DNA of 64,000 nt from an uncultured delta proteobacterium. GTDB taxonomy: Bacteria; Desulfobacterota; Desulfobacteria; Desulfobacterales; QNYZ01. Each line of letters begins with the position of its first letter. Position 1 is the stretch's first letter. Of this stretch, positions 16,968 to 25,527 are shown piece by piece. The stretch covers positions 4,329 through 68,328 of the forward strand of contig CAWJQU010000016.1 in NCBI GenBank assembly GCA_963845145.1, read 5' to 3'. The translations under genes were made by a program, and so were the position numbers. The notes beneath the pieces are model-generated. The model searched no databases, had not been told where the DNA came from, and saw only the letters and a program-made list of their open reading frames with translations.

Positions 16968-16979
16968 CAAGGTGGTTGA

Positions 16980-18065
16980 TTAGGCGTTTCGTCCTATTGA
17001 CCCTCTCGATATGGCACCGCCGCGTACTTCACCCGTTAAGCTTGCAACTGAACCGCGTACCTCCCCTGCAAACCGTGCTGTTCCCCAGTCTGGGTGGGCG
17101 GAACCGGCACGAGTTGTAGGTGCCGAGGGTGCGACAGAGATCGGTCCAGTGGCCGCACCTAGTGTTTGCTCTGTCTGAAGTGCACGATTCAGGCCGTCCA
17201 CAAGGGGCATAAGCTGACCCATATTTGACTGCATCTGCCGCATCAGCTCCTGGTTTTCCGGAGATCTAAAACAAGGCGCCGCAAGAATCTCCTGGGCCCG
17301 TGCCTCTGTGATTTGTATGCCGTCTGCGGCCAAATCAGCACGAAATGCGGTGGCCCGTTCGGCGCTGCCGCGCGCTGCCATTCCAGGGCCCCGTAAGAGG
17401 AGAGATGTAGCGAGGGCTTTACCGATAATGCTTAGAAATATTGAGAGACTGATTTCAGGGGCACGCCCGATTCCACCAATGCATTTACCTAGAAAGTTGG
17501 CGACATCATTAGCATCCACACCTCTTGCGCCGCTGACCACCGTTTCCCATCCAAGAGAACGTACCAAAAGCCATGAGAGCTGAGGACAACGGTTGGCGAA
17601 AATGCGTATCCCTTCAATGGTAGGAAGAATAAATGTCGAGGCGCGATTCACTTCGGAGCGGTGCGATGTATAAAAAAGCGTTAACCGCGTTAAAAATACG
17701 ACGACCGAGGCAACAATGCCCACCGGGCCCGCTAAAGCGGATATAAATCCCATCAAGAATAAGGCCTCGGCTTCAGCGATGGGAAGCAGCCAAGCTGCTC
17801 GTCCAGCCCCAGTGGACATAGCCAGGGTGTAACGCTCTCTGACGAATTCCCCAACGGGCTGGCGGTAGATGATGGCGTTTTCGGCGAAGATGGCATGACC
17901 ACCAACGACGGTAATATACATTCGGCTACCACCCCATATTTGGCCGGGAGGAACATTGGTTCGATTACCAAACTGGTCGGGATGGTGGAGCGCGTGGGCG
18001 CGAGGCATTAACTCAGCGGCCAATTGGACCGCATTGACGCCTCTGGCAAGCTCTTCCGTGGGCAT
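16980..18065 (-). CDS. Hypothetical membrane protein, visibly GC-rich relative to neighbours
   Basis: 361-aa ORF. Hydrophobic segments 'AAWLLPIAEAEALFLMGFISALAGPVGIVASVVVFLTRLTLF' and 'ISLSIFLSIIGKALATSLLL'. C-terminal 'GEVRGSVASLTGEVRGGAISRGS' repeat. No family recognised. Confidence 0.55.
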   Translation of the reverse strand: MPTEELARGVNAVQLAAELMPRAHALHHPDQFGNRTNVPPGQIWGGSRMYITVVGGHAIFAENAIIYRQPVGEFVRERYTLAMSTGAGRAAWLLPIAEAEALFLMGFISALAGPVGIVASVVVFLTRLTLFYTSHRSEVNRASTFILPTIEGIRIFANRCPQLSWLLVRSLGWETVVSGARGVDANDVANFLGKCIGGIGRAPEISLSIFLSIIGKALATSLLLRGPGMAARGSAERATAFRADLAADGIQITEARAQEILAAPCFRSPENQELMRQMQSNMGQLMPLVDGLNRALQTEQTLGAATGPISVAPSAPTTRAGSAHPDWGTARFAGEVRGSVASLTGEVRGGAISRGSIGRNA

Positions 18066-18572
18066 GACAGGGCTCCCTTCTTCAAAAGCAATCGATACAA
18101 TTTGTGTTTAATAGCAAAATGATTAAAAACATATTGTATCTTGAAGTATCTGCTTCTTATTGTACATTAAAAAAGTCAAACATATTACACGTATAATCAA
18201 CGACAATTGCGGAGTCAACGAGAAATGTTGCCAAAAAATGGCGAATACATGCCGTTTTTGGGTACCATTTTTGTTTGACGCACAATCACATTTTAGTTTA
18301 CGTATCCTAATGTTCTCTTTATGGAGGTACGAGATTTCTCATGAGAATCCTGGCCTGGACAAGCCCCGACTTACCGGTTTTCTAACGAATGCATCAGTGC
18401 GGCTGCCTTGCTGGCGGGGACACGCCGTCACGAGCACAACCACTCTGGGGGAGAAGTCATAAAGAAAACTGTTTAAAGGCCCGCCGCGCTTTAGAAATGG
18501 TGGCATTTCGGCGATACGGAACCAAGCATAAAAAATAATCCAGCTGCCACTTTCAATTGGTTATCAAACATT

Positions 18573-19922
18573 ATGAAGCGAAAATTACGAAGACGAAAAA
18601 CAAGCCGTCCTCGCTCCTCGGAGTACGAGGCTTTGGAGGCTGCGCTGAACCTTCATCGTACCGGTCAATTAGTTGAAGCAAAGCAGGCATATGAGAAAGT
18701 GCTGCAGGATAACCCGGATTGCGTCGACGCTTTATATCTTCTGGGTGTGCTGTCGCATAGGATCGGAAAACCGGATAAAGCAATTACCATGATTTGTAAG
18801 GCGATTGAGCTGCGACCTGAGTTCCCTGAAGCTCAAAACGATCTGGGGAACATGTTGCACGAAGCAGGAAAACTTGAAAAAGCCGCATCGGTCTTCCGTA
18901 AACTCATACAGTTCAAGCCGCAGCATGCAGATGCTTACAACAATCTGGGTGTGGTTTTAAAGGATCAAGGAAAGCACGCAGAAGCGGTTACTGCCTTTAA
19001 AAAAGCGATCGAATTGAACCCAAAAAACGCCGGCCAACACTACAACCTTGGCAACACCCTGAAAAAATTAGACCGATTAGACGAGGCCGTTGAGGCATTC
19101 CGCTGTTCCATTGAGCTGGAACCGAAGCACATCAACGCACATCAAGGTATGGCCGGTACGTTGCGCAGGGCAGGAAGGTTACAAGAAGCCCAAGAGGCTT
19201 TCCGGCATTGGCTGCGGGAAGATCCCGAAAATTCGATCGCCCGACACATGCTAAATGCTTGTTCGGAGGAAAAGCCACCGCCGCGGGCATCCAACGAGTA
19301 CGTGCGTCAGGTCTTCGATCGCTTTGCCAGCACTTTCGACGAGGACTTGCGGGAACTAGGTTATAAGGGGCCCCAGGTGTTGGCGGCCGCGATAACTGAA
19401 GAATTGGGCCATACAGAAAAATCACTCGACATATTAGACGCCGGTTGCGGCACCGGATTATGTGGCCCGCTGCTGCGACGCTATGCCCGCACACTGGTGG
19501 GCGTTGATCTGTCACCCGCCATGCTGGATAGGGCACGACGCTTGAACGTATACGATGAACTGGTGACCGCTGAATTGACCACTTACCTTAATGATGTTGA
19601 TGCGACATTTGATCTGATTGCATCGACTGACACGATGAATTATTTCGGCGTTTTGGAGCCCGTGTTGGTGGCGGTGGCTGGTGCGTTGCGAGACGGTGGC
19701 GCTGTGGTTTTCACCTGTGAAGAAGATGCAAGCGAACATTCACAATTCGGCTATCGTCTGAGTCACCACGGTCGATACTGCCATACAATAGATTATCTGA
19801 AGAAGTGTTTGGCCGAAGCTGGATTGACCATTCACGGGATCACATCAGCCGTTCTTCGACTGGAAGATAGCCTGCCTGTAGAAGGTGTTGTCGTGCGGGC
19901 GCGGAAAGGCGCTACTCGCTAA
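18573..19922 (+). CDS. TPR-repeat protein fused to class I SAM-dependent methyltransferase
   Basis: Five to six TPR units (for example 'ADAYNNLGVVLKDQGKHAEAVTAFKKAIELNPKN'). Methyltransferase motif I 'ILDAGCGTGLCGPLL'. Confidence 0.85.
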   Translation: MKRKLRRRKTSRPRSSEYEALEAALNLHRTGQLVEAKQAYEKVLQDNPDCVDALYLLGVLSHRIGKPDKAITMICKAIELRPEFPEAQNDLGNMLHEAGKLEKAASVFRKLIQFKPQHADAYNNLGVVLKDQGKHAEAVTAFKKAIELNPKNAGQHYNLGNTLKKLDRLDEAVEAFRCSIELEPKHINAHQGMAGTLRRAGRLQEAQEAFRHWLREDPENSIARHMLNACSEEKPPPRASNEYVRQVFDRFASTFDEDLRELGYKGPQVLAAAITEELGHTEKSLDILDAGCGTGLCGPLLRRYARTLVGVDLSPAMLDRARRLNVYDELVTAELTTYLNDVDATFDLIASTDTMNYFGVLEPVLVAVAGALRDGGAVVFTCEEDASEHSQFGYRLSHHGRYCHTIDYLKKCLAEAGLTIHGITSAVLRLEDSLPVEGVVVRARKGATR

Positions 19923-20042
19923 GCTTACGCTATCCTGTTTTTCTAATGGTAACAACCGACTGTGTTCGCCGGAGAGTTCGGGTCGGAAAGAAATACGACA
20001 CGCACAGCCTACAGGCTGAGAGTGGTTACATGCGCATAGGCA

Positions 20043-21143
20043 TCACAACTTTGGGACAAGGATTGTTCCCATATTGGCAGGAACCCCAATCTTGATATTG
20101 TTTTTACATACTTTCTCCGCGAGTTCCTTAAAGTGCTTTGGTAAAGGCGAGTTTTTTAGTTGAACTTCCCATGCCGTCCTTTTATTTGGATCGGCAAGAA
20201 GTAGGTTGTATATAGCTCTATAATATTTTTGGCATAGTTTGGCGTGATGCGCATTAACAAAAAAATTATCCCAACGATAAGTATATCCTAGTCTGTTCTT
20301 GATCCTATCTAAGCGCGTAGCTGAATCACCTTTCTTTACTGATTTTTTGTTTGTAGCTACCCACTTTCCCCCTTTTTTTTCTACGTCGTAGTAATCTCGG
20401 GCAAAACGTTTAAGGACACTGGTTTTTCTAATCGGGCATTTTAGATTTATTTTACAATATGCGTCTAGTAATGCTTTATCCGAGAGTGCTTTTGGAATTT
20501 TGTGTGGGACTCCACACTGATCGAGGAAACGACCTCCAATTATTAATCCCACTTCGCCGATGGGGAATTGTGAGTCGTTTAGGTGCTGTACCGCAGAACC
20601 GTGGGTTCCGGGAAGCGGGAGATAGCACTCCCCCTTACTTCGACCAGGCAATGTTAACCGCTGCAAACCAAAAAACGTTTTACTTGACTCGTTCTTCATT
20701 GCCACACAATAAAATCTTTTAACGTTTTTGTCTATCTTATGTTTCTCTCCTGCTGCCTCCGTTCTGCTGACGGGATCGTATGCCAAAATATTAATCTCAT
20801 CGGGTGATTTCCACCCTCTATGCTTCTTCCAATCACCCTCTTTGATTTTGTCGGATAAATATTTAGAGAATCCGCCTTTATTCATATTGTTTAATTCTCC
20901 AGCAATTATTATACATTCGATAGCACCACGGCTATGGCCTATTAGATTTAATATTTTTGGCTTTTTACTCCAAATTTCCTCCATTGCTTGTTTAACCTTA
21001 TTTTTAACGTTGGTTCCTGCAGTGTTGGGACCATTTACGCGGTATTTACTTCCTTTAATGTATTGGAAAAGTTTGTTTAAAACATAATAGTCATGTTTGT
21101 CTGATTTTCCTGTTCCCAGGAGAATGACAGTTAAATTGGACAT
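20043..21143 (-). CDS. DUF2235/Tle1-like alpha/beta hydrolase (candidate orphan T6SS phospholipase-type effector)
   Basis: I place the start at ATG 21143, 7 nt after AAGGAG (the track starts at 21191). 'LTVILLGTG', nucleophile elbow 'LIGHSRGAIECIIIAGEL', 'ILAYDPVS', 'FYCVAMKNESSKTF' and 'LPLPGTHGSAV' parallel the DUF2235 blocks (DGT.., GFSRGA, wDtV, HAlaiDErR, GvHsdVGG). The gene is visibly AT-rich. Confidence 0.6.
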   Translation of the reverse strand: MSNLTVILLGTGKSDKHDYYVLNKLFQYIKGSKYRVNGPNTAGTNVKNKVKQAMEEIWSKKPKILNLIGHSRGAIECIIIAGELNNMNKGGFSKYLSDKIKEGDWKKHRGWKSPDEINILAYDPVSRTEAAGEKHKIDKNVKRFYCVAMKNESSKTFFGLQRLTLPGRSKGECYLPLPGTHGSAVQHLNDSQFPIGEVGLIIGGRFLDQCGVPHKIPKALSDKALLDAYCKINLKCPIRKTSVLKRFARDYYDVEKKGGKWVATNKKSVKKGDSATRLDRIKNRLGYTYRWDNFFVNAHHAKLCQKYYRAIYNLLLADPNKRTAWEVQLKNSPLPKHFKELAEKVCKNNIKIGVPANMGTILVPKL

Positions 21144-21289
21144 CTGGCTACTCCTTTTATGATTAAAATAAGACGGGTTTATGCCATTCAATCATTTTGG
21201 TATTTGGCGTATACATTGTCGATGCATCAATTCCGTAGGCTCCCAATATTTCCAGATCAATTCGAAATTAATCCGTTTCGCCAAAGTCA

Positions 21290-21847
21290 CTATACCACTG
21301 CAATTCGTTCGATCTTCGATTTTCTAAGACGTGTTCCCACACATATGTCGAACTGGTCGTACATGAGCAACTCCGGAATGGCGTAATTATATTTCAATCC
21401 GAGGTTATGACCAATCTCGTGGGCAACGACCCATTCGAAAGAAGCGCCAAGGGTATCCTCTACCATGCAATTGGTTTTCTCGTTTTTTGACACAGCGATT
21501 TCGGCGACACCATCCGTGTCATTGAATTTCATGGTCTTCTGGCATTCCCAGACAAAAAACACATTGATTTACGCTTTGTAATTTCTATTAGTGACGAGCA
21601 GAGAGAATCTATCCCTGGATGGATTCTTCTGGTCGCGCACGACCATTTTTTTTAAATTTGCGTTGATTTTAAGCTCGCGATCAGCAACCATTTGGAACCT
21701 GACATTTGCATGGGGTAAATAGATGCTATTAATATTGTTTAACAGGAGGCCAGCTGTCTACGGAGATCTCCGAATTTTGTGGTCGGCGGTGTCGGAAACA
21801 TAATTAAAGGCTATATTCACAACGCGTTGCGGCACCACTTGGACCAC
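21290..21847 (-). pseudogene. Zinc metalloprotease (metzincin-like) pseudogene with in-frame stops
   Basis: A single minus-strand reading frame gives '..VVQVVPQRVVNIAFNYVSDTADHKIRRSP*TAGLLLNNINSIYLPHANVRFQMVADRELKIN..LLVTNRNYKA*INVFFVWECQ..EWVVAHEIGHNLGLKYNY..'. It has an HExxHxxG motif, the third metzincin His position reads Tyr, and the frame is interrupted by TAG and TAA. No start codon or signal peptide. Confidence 0.6.
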
Positions 21848-22000
21848 TAACTGGGTGTCCGTTCTGGCCCCTTCTTGGCCCAGATGACAGTTTTGCCCTT
21901 TTTCAGACCCTTTATGATAAATTTACGAGTGGAAGCACGCAATCCTCCTCTTGTTGTTTCCTTCAATTCAATGCCTGTTACCTCTTTTGGCCATCAGCAC

Positions 22001-22645
22001 TCAGCGGATTTGCGGCACATTGATCTTTTGTGGCTGGAGGCCGGCGCGCAGTTTCGCAGGGGTGTGGCTAACCTTTCGGTTTCCATCGTTCAACAAGTGG
22101 CCGATTGCACCAGGTAATTCAGATAACGCGCCACTTGGTTTGCCTGTTTTCGGGTCTCCAGGATTGTGTAGATCAATGTGTACATTGATCACCCCAGGTG
22201 GTTTATGCTTACCGCGGAAGTGAAGCTGCGCCCCTCTGAAGCGGCTGCGCACGCCCCACAGATCGTTTTCCCAATTGGCAAGCCACCACTCGCCGAACCC
22301 GTGGTTGAGAAGGTAGCGGTGGAAGGTTGCCTGTCCTTGTCTGGCGTAAAACAGCATTTCTCCATGTTCACCGGCCCAGTAGACGGATTTAACGTGAGTC
22401 CAAAGGCCGTCTCGGTCCATCTTAGATTTGACGCACAGTAGAGAATTGCGTTCCGCGGATGTGAATTCATGGTTCCAGCGGTACTCAGGGTAGACCTGCT
22501 GCAGTGAAATGTTCTTGCCTGTGTAATACCGTTTGTGCCATTGTTCCAACTTACCGCGTGCCCATCCGAACCGACGCGATTCTATAAGGACCTGCGAAAG
22601 TTCCTGTTGCAATTTCTTCCCGAGTTCACGCCATGGATTAGCCAT
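22001..22645 (-). CDS. Hypothetical Trp-rich protein
   Basis: 214-aa ORF with an ATG start. 'WAGEHGEMLFYARQ..GEWWLANWENDLWG..VINVHIDLHNPGDP'. No family recognised. Confidence 0.5.
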   Translation of the reverse strand: MANPWRELGKKLQQELSQVLIESRRFGWARGKLEQWHKRYYTGKNISLQQVYPEYRWNHEFTSAERNSLLCVKSKMDRDGLWTHVKSVYWAGEHGEMLFYARQGQATFHRYLLNHGFGEWWLANWENDLWGVRSRFRGAQLHFRGKHKPPGVINVHIDLHNPGDPKTGKPSGALSELPGAIGHLLNDGNRKVSHTPAKLRAGLQPQKINVPQIR

Positions 22646-22832
22646 ATGAATCCTTCCTCATTATGTTAATTGTCGAAGTGGTTGGCAGGCTCAACTTTTT
22701 TTTGAGGCGTGCAATCCGTGTGCAACAGTCAAACCCGATGAGGCCTCGGTAACTCAACATCATTTTTACCTTAATACGCGCCATACCTCTTACCCAAGTC
22801 TGCTTACAAGGTAAGATTTTGGTGTATTAGCT

Positions 22833-22841
22833 TGATATAAT
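22833..22841 (+). promoter_or_regulatory. Candidate extended -10 promoter (TGaTATAAT) for the methyltransferase gene
   Basis: 'TGATATAAT' at 22833-22841 in an AT-rich intergenic region, about 137 nt upstream of ATG 22978. No good -35. Confidence 0.3.
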
Positions 22842-22977
22842 AGAGGAAGATATATACAATAGCATACACTATATCAATACAATGTAAAAACAAAAAATAT
22901 ACCAAGTTTACAGATCCAGCGTACAATTATCTGTCAAACATGAATGATCTCTTTGCCGAGAGAAAAATAATTACACC

Positions 22978-24537
22978 ATGCAAACCAGCTACGACGAAAT
23001 CCCCTATAAAAGCAATCCTTTTCCACAGACACATCCAGATCGTCTTGCGACACTCGCCCATTTGTTCGGAATGAAACCCACCCCCGTCACAAAATGTCGG
23101 GTACTTGAATTGGGATGTGCCAGTGGTGGAAATCTCATCCCCATGGCGTTTCATCTTCCGGAAAGTGAATTTGTTGGTGTCGACCTATCGGGTCGACAAG
23201 TGAAGCAGGCATTAAAAACAATTGATGACCTGGAATTAACAAATATTCGCATCGAAAACTCGTCTATCATGGATATCAGCGAGTCTTGGGGAACTTTTGA
23301 CTATATCATCTGTCACGGTGTCTATTCCTGGGTATCCGAAGAAGTCCAGAATAAAATCTTAGCTATTTCATCCAGAAATCTTTCACCCCAAGGTGTATCC
23401 TATGTGAGCTACAACACCTATCCCGGGTGGCATCTTCGAGAGATGATCCGCCATATGATGCGTTATCATGCCGACCAGTTTCAGGACACCACCCAGCGCA
23501 TCGAACAGGCGCGGGCTCTAATTGATTTTTTGGCGGGATCCGTATCAACGGAAAGTTATTTTGGACTTATGCTAAAAAGCGAACTCGAGCTGGTCAGAAA
23601 GAGCCAGAACGCTTACTTATTTCACGAACATCTCGAGGACGTCAATACACCTAATTATTTTCATCAGTTCATCGAGCGGGCGAAGCGATATGGTTTGCAA
23701 TACCTTGCCGAAGCAGAATTTACCACCATGATCAATAGCGGTTTCCCCGATGATGTGGCCGAGACCTTAAATCGAATCAGTTCGAATATTATTCAATCTG
23801 AGCAATATATGGACTTTTTGCGCAACCGTTTCTTCCGACAAACGCTTCTATGTCATAAAGAGCATACCCTCAACCGGAACTTGGATGCGGATAGCTTGGG
23901 TGATCTGCTAATTGCATCCCCAGCATGTCCGGAATCAACTCCCATAGACCTTTCACCCGGCAAAAAACAATCTTTTCGTACGCCCTCAGATTTGGCGTTT
24001 AATACTGAATTACCGCTGACAAAAGCGGTATTAACCGTGTTGAATGAGCATTGGCCAAAGGCAATCGATCTATATAGTTTAATGCAAGAGGCCTGTCACC
24101 GATTAGATATAAACCACACATGCAATGAAATTATTAAGGAGTGTCAGGCAGTGAAGCAGGATCTACTTCACTCTTACTCTTTGAATATTGTTGAATTTCA
24201 CACTTGGCAGGCCGCTTTTGAAAGAAAAGTTAGTGCGCACCCAAAAGTGAGCAGACTGGCAGCCTATCAAACCGCAAGAGGGCAAACCGTCGCCAACCAG
24301 CGTCACGAACGTGTCAGACTGGATGAAATTGGTCAAGAGTTGATACGCCTTCTAGACGGTAAGCGGAATCAAAAGGCGTTATGGGAACATTTGAACAAGT
24401 GTGTGAAAGAGAGGACTTTGGTCATACGGCAGGATGGTGTGCTTCTGACTGACCAAGAGATGGTTCAGCAAACCCTTGATCAGACCTTGGGGCAAACTTT
24501 AGAGAAGTTGGCGGATGCTGCGCTTCTTGTTGGGTAA
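22978..24537 (+). CDS. Class I SAM-dependent methyltransferase with C-terminal methyltransferase-regulatory domain (rickettsial PKMT-like architecture)
   Basis: 'YDEIPYKSNPFPQTHPDRLATLAHLFGM', motif I 'VLELGCASGGNLIPMA' and 'FDYIICHGVYSWV'. The long C-terminal half resembles the MethyTransf_Reg domain (from memory). Confidence 0.8.
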   Translation: MQTSYDEIPYKSNPFPQTHPDRLATLAHLFGMKPTPVTKCRVLELGCASGGNLIPMAFHLPESEFVGVDLSGRQVKQALKTIDDLELTNIRIENSSIMDISESWGTFDYIICHGVYSWVSEEVQNKILAISSRNLSPQGVSYVSYNTYPGWHLREMIRHMMRYHADQFQDTTQRIEQARALIDFLAGSVSTESYFGLMLKSELELVRKSQNAYLFHEHLEDVNTPNYFHQFIERAKRYGLQYLAEAEFTTMINSGFPDDVAETLNRISSNIIQSEQYMDFLRNRFFRQTLLCHKEHTLNRNLDADSLGDLLIASPACPESTPIDLSPGKKQSFRTPSDLAFNTELPLTKAVLTVLNEHWPKAIDLYSLMQEACHRLDINHTCNEIIKECQAVKQDLLHSYSLNIVEFHTWQAAFERKVSAHPKVSRLAAYQTARGQTVANQRHERVRLDEIGQELIRLLDGKRNQKALWEHLNKCVKERTLVIRQDGVLLTDQEMVQQTLDQTLGQTLEKLADAALLVG

Positions 24538-24626
24538 ACTATTCGACAACTACCTTTTGGACGTCCACGCTTTTTAATTCGAATCGCTTTGGCGCCGCCT
24601 TGCTCATATGATATATTATACTACGA

Positions 24627-25526
24627 CTATATTTCCTGCCCTGTTCTGGAATCAATGGTCGGGCCATCTATACCTCGTCGGTATGTAGGCTCACTTCCAG
24701 TAGCATCGGAAGCTTGTCCTGCAAGGTAGGAAACAGCGGGAGTTACCAGTGCACTGATAGCATTGCCAGTACCTCCGCCCGCATCACCACCTAGTCCTGC
24801 CATTGCTGCCGCATTCATTAGCGCGCTTAAAACTGTATCAGCCGGTTGCCCTTGAGAAGGAAGTCTTGATAAAACGTGGTTAATCAGGGCTCCCGATAAT
24901 GCGCCGGCAATTGCTTGAACATTACAATTAGCACCGCCGATTGCTCTGCCTATAACGGCTGTTAATGCGTCGCCAATCATTCCAATACCTCCGGCAAAAA
25001 GGTCCCCAAGGGTAAAGGCGACGTTTCTCGTGCTAACTAACTGAAAGCAAAAGGTGGTCGGGGCAACAAAGGGCCAACCGGAAACATCCTGGCAATTTTG
25101 TGTAGATATTACCCATGCGGGAGTAGAAACAGCTACGGGAGTGTCTCCGCCCGGGGCGGAACCATCCACTGGTTCACGCACTGAAAATGAAGGGAGCCAA
25201 TATTTGGTTGATGAGGCGAGTATGCGAAGCAGGATCGACGGTGATGCAACTATAGGTGGAGACGGTATATGTGTTTGCCCCGGCCCCCAATTGTGTCCCC
25301 AAAGTATATTGCCGATCCCCTCAGTAGTCACCCTTTGCCATGACCACTTTCCGGTCAAGGCAAATCCTGATATTTGACTATTAATTACAACAAACCATGG
25401 AATGCTTGGGATGATGACAGGATTTGGTGGGGCTGGCGGAGGAGGAGGAATACTCGGCGGCGCAACCGAATGGAAGTCCACACCAACGCCGGCTATGGGC
25501 GGATATTTTGCAATTCGTGCCGTCAT
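24627..25526 (-). CDS. Candidate T6SS cargo effector: Pro-rich N-terminal region plus C-terminal glycine-zipper/amphipathic region
   Basis: Last gene of the vgrG operon. ATG 25526 lies 1 nt after the upstream TAA (alternative start 25547). 'VAPPSIPPPPPAPPNPVIIPSIPW'. C-terminus 'GDLFAGGIGMIGDALTAVIGRAIGGANCNVQAIAGALSGALIN..AAMAGLGGDAGGGTGNAISALV'. Confidence 0.6.
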   Translation of the reverse strand: MTARIAKYPPIAGVGVDFHSVAPPSIPPPPPAPPNPVIIPSIPWFVVINSQISGFALTGKWSWQRVTTEGIGNILWGHNWGPGQTHIPSPPIVASPSILLRILASSTKYWLPSFSVREPVDGSAPGGDTPVAVSTPAWVISTQNCQDVSGWPFVAPTTFCFQLVSTRNVAFTLGDLFAGGIGMIGDALTAVIGRAIGGANCNVQAIAGALSGALINHVLSRLPSQGQPADTVLSALMNAAAMAGLGGDAGGGTGNAISALVTPAVSYLAGQASDATGSEPTYRRGIDGPTIDSRTGQEI

Positions 25527-25527
25527 T

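Noticed and set aside
18259-18275. Sigma54-like promoter 'TGGGTACCATTTTTGTT' upstream of the TPR-methyltransferase; also scanned the regions upstream of hcp, tssB, tssA and the 543-aa gene
   Set aside because: The -12 element reads TTGT/TTTG instead of TTGC, and the spacing is off by one. No convincing GG-N10-GC match was found upstream of any T6SS gene.
18160-18462. 100-aa ORF in the 500-nt intergenic region
   Set aside because: It has a TTG start without an RBS, lies in an AT-rich region and gives a Cys/Phe-rich implausible translation. A short 'MRILAWTSPDLPVF*' ORF with a GGAGG lies nearby but is too short to support.
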